A stretch of 64,000 nucleotides of DNA from Coniocarpon cinnabarinum (Eukaryota): assembly GCA_051942205.1 (NCBI GenBank), contig JAVECO010000060.1:1-64000 (forward strand). The letters are read 5' to 3'. Each line of letters begins with the position of its first letter. Position 1 is the stretch's first letter. A program made the translations under genes and the position numbers. The notes under the pieces are model-generated. The model saw nothing but the letters and a program-made list of their open reading frames with translations, was not told where the DNA came from and did not search any database. This document shows, in pieces, positions 38,069-48,447 of the stretch.

Positions 38069-39208
38069 TCATCGCTCCAATACTGTAGACTCACCATTTC
38101 TCATCTCTTTGAACGGTGGGTCAATCAGCTCAGCAAGCCCGTGCTCTTTGCAGTACTCATCTCTCGCCTGTGCCACAGGGTAATCTTTACAGGTCAGGGT
38201 CTTTGCAACAAGGCCTTTGCCCTCGTTTTCTCCATCATGCGTGCGGAACCAATGCCGAGCCCGAAGCTTCTGTTGTAGCTCGAGCCCATTCTTTGCACCC
38301 AAATTCACAAGACCTCCCGCTATCCTGACTACGTTCGTGCCGTGAAATAGTGCTAGGAAGTCGATTGGAGGATCGGCAGAGCCAAGCGATTCCAGGTGCG
38401 AGGGCGCAATGCCGTGAGGTGTGTAGATGATACCCTCAGCCACGGTGTCGCTCTTCTTTCTATCCTCACCCACACCATCAACACTATCGGAGCAATCAAA
38501 GGCAATGAAAAGAGCTGAGTGCAAGTCGCCTACATTGAATGGTCCCGTCACAAATCGCGTCAGGCTCAGCCACTGCGGTAATAGCGGATGCGACCGCAAT
38601 CGCCAATCTGTGCCTTTTTCGCTATCTTTCAGGCCCGCGGGAAAGAACAACGGCACTTCGATGACGGACTCGAAATGATCCCAGGATTTGACAAGTGATG
38701 CAGCATTAGTGGTGGCAAACACTGGGACGCGCGGATCGATTTGCAGTAACGTCTTCTGATGGCAATGATCGGTGAACTCAAAGCTGATAAGGACGATGTC
38801 AATTTGACTGCCATGGCCTGCGTCGCCTTCACTGCCACCTTGTGTCACCTGGCCATCTACTTGATCCTTGTTATTGTTGGTGGAATCTACCGTCAGGTTT
38901 TCGACCTTTTCGATCAGCCGCTCTATGGACTGAATGTCTGGGTATGCCGGGTCATGCGCATGCCAGTGTTGTGAAAACCATTTGTAATAGTCGATGTGAT
39001 CACCCGTAAGCCATGGGTCAATCAGAATGTTATACCACTGGCTTTGAGATCTATTTGAGGGCTGAGACAAAGGTCGCCGAGGAAGTTGGAGTAGCCATGA
39101 ACTGTCTCCATTCAAGTAATGTAGAAGTGGGCGCCGTGGCTCGTTGGTGAGAGAAGCACGAATGGAAGTGAGGACTTCGTCATTGAATGCGGTGTGAGTT
39201 TCTGTCAT
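38069..39208 (-). CDS. Fungal metallo-beta-lactamase-fold hypothetical protein
   Basis: LNGDSSWLL, ILIDPWLTG, IDIVLISFEFTDHCHQKTL, IIYTPHG and WFRTHD resemble MBL-superfamily motifs. Confidence 0.75.
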   Translation of the reverse strand: MTETHTAFNDEVLTSIRASLTNEPRRPLLHYLNGDSSWLLQLPRRPLSQPSNRSQSQWYNILIDPWLTGDHIDYYKWFSQHWHAHDPAYPDIQSIERLIEKVENLTVDSTNNNKDQVDGQVTQGGSEGDAGHGSQIDIVLISFEFTDHCHQKTLLQIDPRVPVFATTNAASLVKSWDHFESVIEVPLFFPAGLKDSEKGTDWRLRSHPLLPQWLSLTRFVTGPFNVGDLHSALFIAFDCSDSVDGVGEDRKKSDTVAEGIIYTPHGIAPSHLESLGSADPPIDFLALFHGTNVVRIAGGLVNLGAKNGLELQQKLRARHWFRTHDGENEGKGLVAKTLTCKDYPVAQARDEYCKEHGLAELIDPPFKEMRNGESTVLER

Positions 39209-40109
39209 TGCCTCGAGGACATATTGTGTTATCGAGAATCTGAGCTTACATTAAATCAGAGTCATATACAGGGATTGGAACCTCCTAAAAGTGGAATATA
39301 CCGCAATGCCGCGTCTTTGATGGTAGCCCAGATGACGTCATTCAACGCGTGAAAGGACGCGTGAAGCAACTTGGAAGGGAAGTTACCTAAGCTGCATTGA
39401 AAGTCACGAAAGTCCCTGGTCTTCGTTCGCGGCTTCCTGCAGGGCAATTCGACATCGCTGATAGCAACCGCTCTCACGCTGCTGAAGACGACCCGGAAGA
39501 GTGAAAATGAAAATATGCTCCTAGATCCTCCGATTGCCCATCCCATCCTCAGCCGCAAGCAACCTCGTAGTCCCGCCAAGGTCGTTGCGTGTGGCGTCAC
39601 GGCATAGCCTCTGAACCTTGTTTGCACTGATCCCACGTCTATGGCTTCTTGCTTTTCTTGTTTTACCACCACATTTTCGTATCATTTCGAGAACTTCACC
39701 TTTGCTAGATCGCGAGACACTCTACACCACGGCCACAACGATCGTCTGCGGTCCTTGAGGTTTCCTTCATTCGTGTCATTTCATTCTCACAAGCCCCATC
39801 ACCAGGGCCATTCGCGCCGAAAGCTCCAGAAAGTCAGCGGACGACGTACTTCCACTCCTGGTGGAAGTCGTGCCGGACCACGACGGCCGTTAGACGAGAC
39901 ACCAGCCTCGACCAGTCCTCGTCAAAGCCCGACACGACCTTGGAAGCTTGACACCACTCGCTCCGAGCTCTTTCCAGATCCTAGCCCCCAGCAGAGCCCA
40001 ACACGTGATCCTCGACGTCACGTCACATTTGCACGCACTGTCAGTGGGCGCAGCAGTTCAAGTGAGCTCGCTGTACTCTTCACCGCATTCGTATCATCCT
40101 TAATCCATC

Positions 40110-41162
40110 ATGTCTACTCCCAGCTCACAACCTGGGTCGTTTGCGGTAAGTCAGGCGGAAACTTACCAACCTCCACAGGGGCCGCCTCCATCTAGAGTCA
40201 GTCATGCCGACCAACAGCCTCCTCCACCAAGCTATGAAGACTGGATGGCCGTTACGGAGAATCCGTCGTCAGCAGGACTTCCGCCACCGCCAACGATTCA
40301 CTATGAGGATTCTCCAAACCACAATGCCTCTGAATTAGAAGAACGGCAGGCAGATGCGTGGTGTCGTCAGTATCCGCTCTTCCAACCCGCACGCTTTGAT
40401 AATGATGTCTGCCTGAACATATTCTATGGCAAATCGTCAATAGTGCCCTTGGATCCATCGATGGCAAGACAGGGCTTGCGTGTTGAACGCACAGGCGCAA
40501 CGCAAATCATGAAAACCAAATCGCCAATGTATCAATGCCTTCGCAGCCAGTCTCCTCTCTATTCTGCCCTACATAGCCCTAGTAGAGGAGCACGAAGCTT
40601 CACAGCATACTTTGAGGTCAGACTCGTCAAAGTGGATAGAAAATCTGATGTGGTTGCTATTGGCTTTTTCGCCCCTCCATATCCTGCATTTCGTCTTCCC
40701 GGCTGGCAACGGGCCAGCATCGGCATCCACGGCGATGATGGAAGAAGATACGTAAATGACACGTGTGGAGGCATGGACTTCACTAAACCATTTCGCACTG
40801 GTGAAATCATCGGCCTGGGCATGACGTTCGAGCAGAAGCAGAGTAAGTCACAAGGCTTGCCGTTCATGATGAAGTCAGAGATGCACATAACTAATTGAGA
40901 AGCAGGTAACGCCATGTCGAAAGAGTCTAAGGATGGTACGGGTGGGCGTACCAACGTGCAGTGTTTTATGACTCGCAATGGAGAACGGAGATCCGCATGG
41001 GATTGGGATCTTCACGAAGAAATGGATTCAACAGTAGATCGACCTGGAGGCGTCACTGGGCTCGAAGGTGATAAAGATGTGTATGCCTCTGTTGGCGTCT
41101 ACGGCAATCCGGTCGTAGAGGTCAGGTTTGGTAAAGAAACTTGCGTTTGGTGGCCACACTAA
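40110..41162 (+). CDS. SPRY-domain protein (Ssh4/Ear1-like), 2 exons
   Basis: AYFEVRL, AIGFFAPPYPAFRLPGWQRASIGIHGDDGRRYVND and FRTGEIIGLGM. Intron 40843-40905 (GTAAGT...ACTAAT...CAG) joins to FMTRNG...GLEGDKDVYASVGVYG. A PPSY PY-motif lies in the N-terminus. Confidence 0.9.
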
Positions 41163-41424
41163 GTAAGCAGAATGATTTTGCCATGTTGCCGCTCACCGAT
41201 GCTTGGCAGTGGATTATCAATTAGAGCGCCATGCATTCTCAGCTGCACCTTGCTAAAGCGAATTATGTAATCTGAAAGATGCTCCGAGCCTCTCATTACC
41301 CTTGGCCACGTGCATATCGCAGTACATCCAGGAGCACGATCTGATCACATTCCAACTATACATTCATCCGAGCAGCTCGCTTGAACACAATCGGTCTATG
41401 GATTGCGCTTTTGATCCCAATTCC

Positions 41425-42120
41425 TTACCTCGGTATACCTAGACATGCAGCCAATTCTGCCCGGAGCTTCGTATCCGGTAAACGAATAATCTGCCGAAAG
41501 AAAGCAACCGCCTGCCGATCTAAATCGCTGAATTTGTTCCAACAATCCCTAAACACCCCCTGATAATCCTCCAAGAGGCGGATAGCTGATGCGTTGTCCC
41601 CATGGCAGACCCGATGATGGAGGATCGAGAAAGCCAATTCTTGGAAGAAGGTGAAGCATAGGTAATTCTGGAAAGCATAATCAGTGTAGATTCGAACGAG
41701 ATCCAGGCGACCTTCACACCAGGCATCGACGCAGTCCTCTAGCTTGCCGTGCCAGAACCCACGTGGCGAACGGGAAGCGATGGCGCGGTCAATCGCATGA
41801 TCGAGCACGTTGACCCACTTGACATCGCGCAGTGGTGAACTGGAATTCGGCGACGCATCAAAACTGGTCAGTGGTGAGTAGTACATGGATGACGGAGAAT
41901 CGTTGGAATCTGCGGATGGTGGTGGTTCTGTGGTTGCGACGCTTGCCAGAGATACTTCGTCGCCATCTTCAGAAGGAATGGACAAGTCTTCGGACGTGGG
42001 TGGCGTTGGGAAACGCGTAGAGGCTCCACGGATTACTGTGGTGTTCATCATGTATGATGGCTTTTGCGACCGAAGCGTCAATGACGTGGGTCGTTGCATA
42101 CGGCTCGTACTTGGCTTCAT
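41425..42120 (-). CDS. Hypothetical protein (disordered N-terminus, helical C-terminal half); 3' end may be spliced
   Basis: 231-aa ORF with protein-like composition. The stop lies within a GTAAGG donor-like site. No known motif. Confidence 0.55.
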   Translation of the reverse strand: MKPSTSRMQRPTSLTLRSQKPSYMMNTTVIRGASTRFPTPPTSEDLSIPSEDGDEVSLASVATTEPPPSADSNDSPSSMYYSPLTSFDASPNSSSPLRDVKWVNVLDHAIDRAIASRSPRGFWHGKLEDCVDAWCEGRLDLVRIYTDYAFQNYLCFTFFQELAFSILHHRVCHGDNASAIRLLEDYQGVFRDCWNKFSDLDRQAVAFFRQIIRLPDTKLRAELAACLGIPR

Positions 42121-42678
42121 GATCGAGACTGACGACGCGTGCGAATGATCGGGTTAAAAATGGATGAGAATTGGGGCTTTAAAACAGACTCCAAGGATCT
42201 CATATCCGAACAGCATTCATATTGGATCGTTGCAAGACTATGGATCTATAAATTCTTTGCAGGCTGTTCGACGAACAACAAGGGGACAGTGCTTACTCGC
42301 GACTGACACACGGTACAAACAAAGCAGAGTCGCAATCAACGTGAGCCGTTGCAAATTATTGCAATGCGACGAAAAGCTGATTGGCTAGGACCGTGCTGCC
42401 TCAGGTAGGAAAAGTTGGAAGCGTATACATTCTGTCAAAATGACGATATCTCCAATGTAGCTCCGCTGGTTCTGACGCTCTGACACTCGCAAATAGTTCA
42501 TCCCTCCTTCCATAAGTGGCGTCCCGGTCAATGGTCATCGCTTCGCACCTTCTCTTCACCGCGAAACTTCTTATTACTGCAAAATCGATTTTGGTGTCAG
42601 AATTAGTGCACCCATTCTCAGAGATACGACATTGCATTGTGTGTTTACTACTGGTCCACGCTCATTTCTTTGGTCATC

Positions 42679-43509
42679 ATGGCAAAGCAGAAATTTGCAG
42701 ACAGTGGTATCTCCACAAAGTCACAGAACTTGTCTCCATCGAGCAAAACGGTACGTGGGATTAGCAAGCCTCTCCTGATTACTCCTTTGCAATGTGGACC
42801 CGTTTCGCATGCACCTCCGGGTCTTGCAACCACTGAAGAGGCCAATGAACTTGAGCAATTGTAATACGACTGCCGACGCTACTGTCAGATGAGCATTGAT
42901 CTGTTACGGGAATAGATTCCCCATTGCGACAACACTGTGCGACTCTAGCACTTTCAGATCCGCGGATTGGTCAGAGTAGATATGCTAACAAAGTGCGTAC
43001 AGGATGCGAATACGACGCAACGCGTCTCGCGTGTACAACGACGGCGTTTTCCCAAGGCGTCTGGAGCGACCCGCATCCGCTCGTCTAATCCCCAAACCCC
43101 CAAATGGATGAATGTCAGAGAAATACTCGCGAACCGCTTACGTGGAGAGCGATCTTCCGACTTCGGCACTGTTGACCCTGATGAGATTGTTCGATTCACT
43201 GTCGAGCTTAGTCACAATCGTTCAACTGCTGCCGAGCCTTCCGCACAGTCCAACAACAGCACTTTTAAACTCGATGACAACCTTGATTGGTGTGATAGAA
43301 TGGACATCAACGACAAAGCTCATGGAGATCTCACTGAGGCTCAGATCAAGATGCACTTAGGATTCAATCCCTTCAAAGGCGAGAATGTTGATATTACGCA
43401 GGCCACTGAGACTGATGAAGATGGTTGGGTGAAACATTCTGAAGGCGCTACGGACTTCTCGGACTCTGATTCGGTGGCTCCCGATGAGGAGAGCTCCATA
43501 GTTTCTTGA
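42679..43509 (+). CDS. Hypothetical protein with acidic C-terminus, 2 exons
   Basis: ATG 42679 (MAKQKFADSG...SKT). Phase-0 intron 42751-43002 (GTACGT...GCTAAC...CAG) joins to DANTTQRV...DEESSIVS*. Confidence 0.6.
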
Positions 43510-44236
43510 GGTGGTGATGGTAAGGTGAGGTGGTATTCCCAAAAGACTTCAGTCCCATAAAAATTAGTGTTTCAACGGCATTGCGATCATCTCAATTGAA
43601 TGCTCAAGGAAAGAAAACAAAATTGCGGAAGACGAAGATGTTGCACAATGTGTTGAGCGTAACGGCTTACTTTGATTCCTACGTTGTGCCAGCGCTGGTA
43701 ACGTGAGCTGCTTCCATCTCGTTCTTGCCTAGTGTCAACGTGATCGGTTGAACGAGGCAGAGGCATAATATTCGAAACGTGACGCTAAGCTGTTTTTCGC
43801 CACAGTGAAATCGACCATGTTCACCTTCTGCCTCGCTTGCATCCTGAATAAAAGAGCCGCCTGTAATGCTCCATTTGCAATTTCCTACAAGATTCGACAC
43901 TGTTCTTGCAACGCCTGAGCAACTTCTAGTGCTGACGCAACAACAACTTGTCATCTTTGCTACCCTTGCTTGAGCATATCGCATACATCAATCACCGTTG
44001 GTTGCTCTTAGCAAGCAACGTTCTTGTAAGGCCAGAACAAGGTCTGCAACTTTGGCAAGAACAACTTGCCACATCACATACATCTACTCTCGTTGATTGA
44101 TTTTGTCAAGCAGCATCCTTGCAACTTGTCAAGGTTGTAATAACAACACAAGTTTGACAATCAGCAACTACCAGGAATATTTCACTCCTGTCTCTCGCTC
44201 TTCTCTCTCTGCCTGGCTCAACAGCAAGACACACCA

Positions 44237-46147
44237 ATGGCTCCACTTGGTACTAAGCGCCCTCGTGAGGAGGACAACACTCCCACTGACGCTCAAACAA
44301 ATGACAACGCTTCTCCCGGCCAGGCACCTCTCGCTCCTCCAGCTTCCAAGAAGGCTCGCACAATGTCGTCGAAGATAAAGACAATAAAAGCAGCCCTCAG
44401 CCAAGACCTGAAGTTGCCGCCAGCCAGCAAGGTCACGGCCCAGGGCTTCGACCTCTCCTGGCCACCGGCCCAGGCCTCCGCTCCTCGGGCCAGCTCCAGC
44501 AATCTTTCTACTCCAGCAGCAAACCATCAGGAAGATGGGTCGAAGGAGGAAGGGGAGGACTACGATCCGAATCAAGTGCCTACATTTGAGAAGGCTCGAC
44601 CACTGGCGCCTGCTCCTAAGGCGAGGAAAGCCTCAAAGGTAGAGGAGGCTCCAGAGGCGTCTTCGAAAGCTGGGTACAAGTTGCGAAAGTCCACGATTGC
44701 CAAAGAGCCACAACCCGCCCCTCGCCCTCAACGACCGGCCACACCTCCGCCAGCATCGAAACCTACAAGGCGGGCTCGAAAGGCGAGGTCTAATGTTGTT
44801 GAGCGATCGGAGGTCGTTCAGAAAGCGCTTGCCACCTCTCTCGAGGAGTCGCTGACTTCCCAGTGCGAGATCAAAGTCACCCTCGATGCCCTGGCGCAGG
44901 TCGAGGTCGACCTCAAGCGCTTCCGTCGCGTCCGACCCTTCGCGCGTCCTCGATCAGGTAACTATCATCAGGACCGCGAGTACAACGCTACCATGAAGGC
45001 AGCGCTGAAGACCGCGCTGAAGAAAGGAACCCCCCTCGACAAGATCCTGGATCAGCTTCACGCGATCGACAAGGACTTTGTTGAAGCCTGCAAGCCGCGA
45101 CCTCGAGCTTATCCGGAGAAGCCAAAGGGCCCGGCGAAGGATCCTGCGAACCCATACGCGCAGCGGCGTGAGCCAAGGGGTGACCGTAAGAGTGCTCCAT
45201 ATTTCAAGCACGAGGCCGCACTGGACGCTCACGCCATGAAGAACACGGTGAGTTCCCCCCTGGCTGATCCACCGTCTGCCCAGCTGAACGAAAACCTTAG
45301 GGAGCCAGTCTGCAATCCAGGACGGCTTCCTCAGCCCGCCGGTCTGGCAGGTGAGAACCAGTATCACTCTCGGAGTATCCCGCATTGGATGCGTGCCCGA
45401 GTCTACAATCCGCCGCATTTCAACTCCCACCTTGATCAATTCCTGTGGGAGGCAGCGAACGGCACCATATGGGCTCCTCAGCCCCCTCCGAGGACCGAGA
45501 CACAGACCTGGTTCCGTGAGTACCAGAAGGAATGTCTGGACTACTGGAGAGAGGTGCGCTTGGATCGAGCGGATCAGGAGTGGTACCAGTGTCCACCCCG
45601 GGAGAAAACGCCGACTGAGCATCTTCGAGCGGTGCAGCGCGATTATCTGAAGCGTGGGTTAACGATCGATGGTCGGAATCCGGAGAAGATGGGAGCGCTG
45701 AGAGCGGCGGCGATGAAGGCCCAAGGTCGGAAGCGAGTCCCTGGCAACGAGGCTGAAGATGACGCTGTCTCATTGAAGCGCGCGAAGACAGTGCAGTCCG
45801 CAACAGCAGATGCACCCGCCGTGACCACCACGACTTCTTTGCCGGAACCCGCGCCAGCATCGCAACAAGCCTCGAACACCCCTGGTACTGACGCACTGGA
45901 CGACGATCTTGCACCACCCCGCCCGAGCGCCAGCGAAGTCACAAAGCGCCAAAAAGGCCAAAGCGACTACAAAACGGCGCAGGAAAAGCGGGTGAATGAC
46001 AAGAATGCGCAAGACGCTCGGGGAGACCGTCAGGGGACGCCAAAGCGACCTTGGGGGACGCATCCGGTCAGCTGGCTGGAGTTTCACGCGGCGAAGACGC
46101 AGTATCTTGAAGAGCAGATTGCTCTGCGGCAACAAGCGCAGGCGTGA
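44237..46147 (+). CDS. Hypothetical basic, largely disordered, probably nuclear protein (636 aa)
   Basis: Long uninterrupted ORF with NLS-like KRPRE...KKART. No recognisable domain. Confidence 0.75.
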   Translation: MAPLGTKRPREEDNTPTDAQTNDNASPGQAPLAPPASKKARTMSSKIKTIKAALSQDLKLPPASKVTAQGFDLSWPPAQASAPRASSSNLSTPAANHQEDGSKEEGEDYDPNQVPTFEKARPLAPAPKARKASKVEEAPEASSKAGYKLRKSTIAKEPQPAPRPQRPATPPPASKPTRRARKARSNVVERSEVVQKALATSLEESLTSQCEIKVTLDALAQVEVDLKRFRRVRPFARPRSGNYHQDREYNATMKAALKTALKKGTPLDKILDQLHAIDKDFVEACKPRPRAYPEKPKGPAKDPANPYAQRREPRGDRKSAPYFKHEAALDAHAMKNTVSSPLADPPSAQLNENLREPVCNPGRLPQPAGLAGENQYHSRSIPHWMRARVYNPPHFNSHLDQFLWEAANGTIWAPQPPPRTETQTWFREYQKECLDYWREVRLDRADQEWYQCPPREKTPTEHLRAVQRDYLKRGLTIDGRNPEKMGALRAAAMKAQGRKRVPGNEAEDDAVSLKRAKTVQSATADAPAVTTTTSLPEPAPASQQASNTPGTDALDDDLAPPRPSASEVTKRQKGQSDYKTAQEKRVNDKNAQDARGDRQGTPKRPWGTHPVSWLEFHAAKTQYLEEQIALRQQAQA

Positions 46148-46473
46148 GCGACCATAGAAGCACGGAAAGTGCGGGTTCTTGGGTTGCTTGGCTGGGTTGC
46201 TGTGGAGACGTGACGCGAGGTATAGCTGGCTTTGCTGGGGCGTCGGTGGGGCTGAGCGCAGTACTGTCAATAAGACGTCCTTGATGCTGTTGTCGATGCG
46301 CGAGGTCGTTTCTGCCACATGGGGGAGGAGCATGAAGTGCTTCTTCGTGGCGGTGGGGTTCTGCAGTACTGGTAGAGGGGAACCGCAGGATATCTCGCCA
46401 CCTATTGTCGTGATTTGTCGGGGTGCATTTTCCTTGAGGAAGTGTTACTGTACTCATGGATAGCGACTTGATT

Positions 46474-46667
46474 GCATAGCAAAGGAGAGTACTGGCCGTA
46501 ATAGAGCTAGCATTTTATCTGTTGCGTTGCCTCGAGAACTTGAGGAGATTTGAATGTATGAGAGAGAGCACCAGTACTGATTGATATTGACTCTACGGCA
46601 TAGCAAAGGAGGGTGCTGGCCGTCATGGAGCTGGTATCTCATTCAGTGCCTTAGCCCAGGAACTTGA
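46474..46667. repeat. Diverged direct duplication (~40-70 bp units, 124 bp apart)
   Basis: GCATAGCAAAGGAGAGTACTGGCCGTAATAGAGCTAGCAT at 46474 versus GCATAGCAAAGGAGGGTGCTGGCCGTCATGGAGCTGGTAT at 46598. Both are followed ~30 bp later by GAACTTGA. Confidence 0.8.
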
Positions 46668-46743
46668 CATTTAACGTCGAATAACTGGACATGAATTTGC
46701 TAAACCTGTTCATTGCTCTTGCTTAAGCGAGACTTCAGTCTCC

Positions 46744-47715
46744 CTATTCATCATCCACGCCATCGTCACTCCCTTCGCCGACAAACGGCACAAATCTAAA
46801 GTCAACAAAGCTCACCTTGCTCGCCTCCACCTCAACCATGAACTGCAAGCTCAAGACGCCTTGTCCATCCCATCGCATGCTGACCTTTGCCGCGCCCGCC
46901 ATGGCCTTGACCGCCGACCTCACCATGCTAAATTTGTATTCATGGCTCTCGCGTCGCTGAACCTGAAACGTCTCCAAGATCGGCGAATCCTTCTCGAAGT
47001 CCACCTCTGCTGAGCCGAGGGCGCCTTCAGCCGACAGACGGAAAAACGGGGCAGAGCTGGGATCTGCAATGATCAGAAGGCGTTCCGGATTCAGCGAGCC
47101 CAGCTCCGCGATTGCGTCGACGAGCGTGGCGGCCCGCATGATGACTTTCATTCTGACGCTCTCGCGGTCGAAGGGGATGTCATCGACCAGTTCGGGCTCA
47201 TAGGCCGTGAGTTCGCAATCGGTGCTGACGTTGCCCTCACTGAGTTGGACATTCAGGGGATAGCCGGTGCCTTCATACGTGATCCTGCAGGTTCCAGGCA
47301 TGCCGAGGACGCGGTTGTCGAATGCGGCGTTGAGACCGGTGCCGTTTGCGTTGCCGAAGGTAGAGGTGTCGCGGACGGAGCGCTCGGCCGTGTCGAGGGA
47401 GGAGAATATTTGCAGCGTTTCCAAGAGGGCGGGGAGCGAGATTTGGAAGACGGGAAGCTCGTCGTCATCGGCTTCGTCGTTCTCGCTTTGTTCGTTGGGG
47501 TGGTCTGTGGGCGTGTTTTGACTCGTGTCGAGGTGATAGTGCGTGAAGAGGGATTTGTCGAGGAAGGCGAGACCTTGCATGGCGCGGGTGTCGTCGGCGG
47601 AGAAACGGAGACCGTTTGAGGTGATGTGGACGTGTGCTTTGGGGGCGAAGGAGATGGAGCGGAGGAGGATGAGCAGTTGGGCGGTGGAGGGAGTGAGGGC
47701 TGAGAGCACAGGCAT
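46744..47715 (-). CDS. rad1: 9-1-1 checkpoint clamp subunit Rad1/Rec1 (S. cerevisiae Rad17)
   Basis: LLRSISFAPKAHVHITSNGLRF...MQGLAFLDKSLFTHY, FQISLPALLETLQIF, CRITYEGTGYPL, CELTAYEP and KVSMRWDGQGVLSLQFMVE...FVDFRFVP. Confidence 0.92.
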   Translation of the reverse strand: MPVLSALTPSTAQLLILLRSISFAPKAHVHITSNGLRFSADDTRAMQGLAFLDKSLFTHYHLDTSQNTPTDHPNEQSENDEADDDELPVFQISLPALLETLQIFSSLDTAERSVRDTSTFGNANGTGLNAAFDNRVLGMPGTCRITYEGTGYPLNVQLSEGNVSTDCELTAYEPELVDDIPFDRESVRMKVIMRAATLVDAIAELGSLNPERLLIIADPSSAPFFRLSAEGALGSAEVDFEKDSPILETFQVQRRESHEYKFSMVRSAVKAMAGAAKVSMRWDGQGVLSLQFMVEVEASKVSFVDFRFVPFVGEGSDDGVDDE

Positions 47716-48447
47716 TATGGCGAAGCTTTCAATGTGGAATGATTTCTTGAGTCAAGTGAGGAGGATATCAAGATTGATCAATTGGGGAATACTGGTGACA
47801 AGTTTATACATAGACGCCTTCATTTCGTTAGGCGTGTCAACAAGACGTCATACAAAATGCTACTTACCCACAGCGCACATCATGTACACTGCTCCAAAGC
47901 TATCGAAATCTGTCAGAAGATCCTTGACCCACAAAGATCGCCAAACTTACCCGAAGGCTACTGACGCCGGTAAGCCTAGTAACGGCAGACTGACGACAGA
48001 CCGGTTTAGGGCAAAGATAGCTGTCAAAAAGAAGCCTTGTGCACCGTCAGATTTTCAGATAGTTTTTGGAAATACGGCATTCTCTAAGTACCTGCTAGTA
48101 ACAGGGAGAAGCCGACAATGAATTGGTAGTCTTTTGAAACTGCTGGTTCAAATGGTCGCAATGCGGCCGCGTCCCAGACGTCAAATAGGCTTGATGACAT
48201 GCTTGAATCTGAAAATTTGGTTTGGAGTGTCTTTTCGACGGCCCAGGAATTTTTGAAACACTGTTTAAGTGCGTTCTTAGTAGAGTCGTTCTGGATATGA
48301 AAACGCTGAGGTTGTTTAATCTCCCTAATGTACAGCCAATTTACATACGCAGCTTCCGAATGCGGTATTTGAGCCTCTACTTCTATTGTTAGCGCAAGTA
48401 GCTCATATATTACTCTGAGCTGCATTATATTCGTCAAGTATTTAGTG

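Noticed and set aside
40896..40914. Apparent premature stop splitting the SPRY gene
   Set aside because: Explained by the canonical intron 40843-40905.
47748..47754. Perfect TGAGTCA (Gcn4/AP-1) site before rad1
   Set aside because: Only ~33 bp from the ATG, so probably in the 5' UTR; a single 7-mer is expected by chance in 64 kb.
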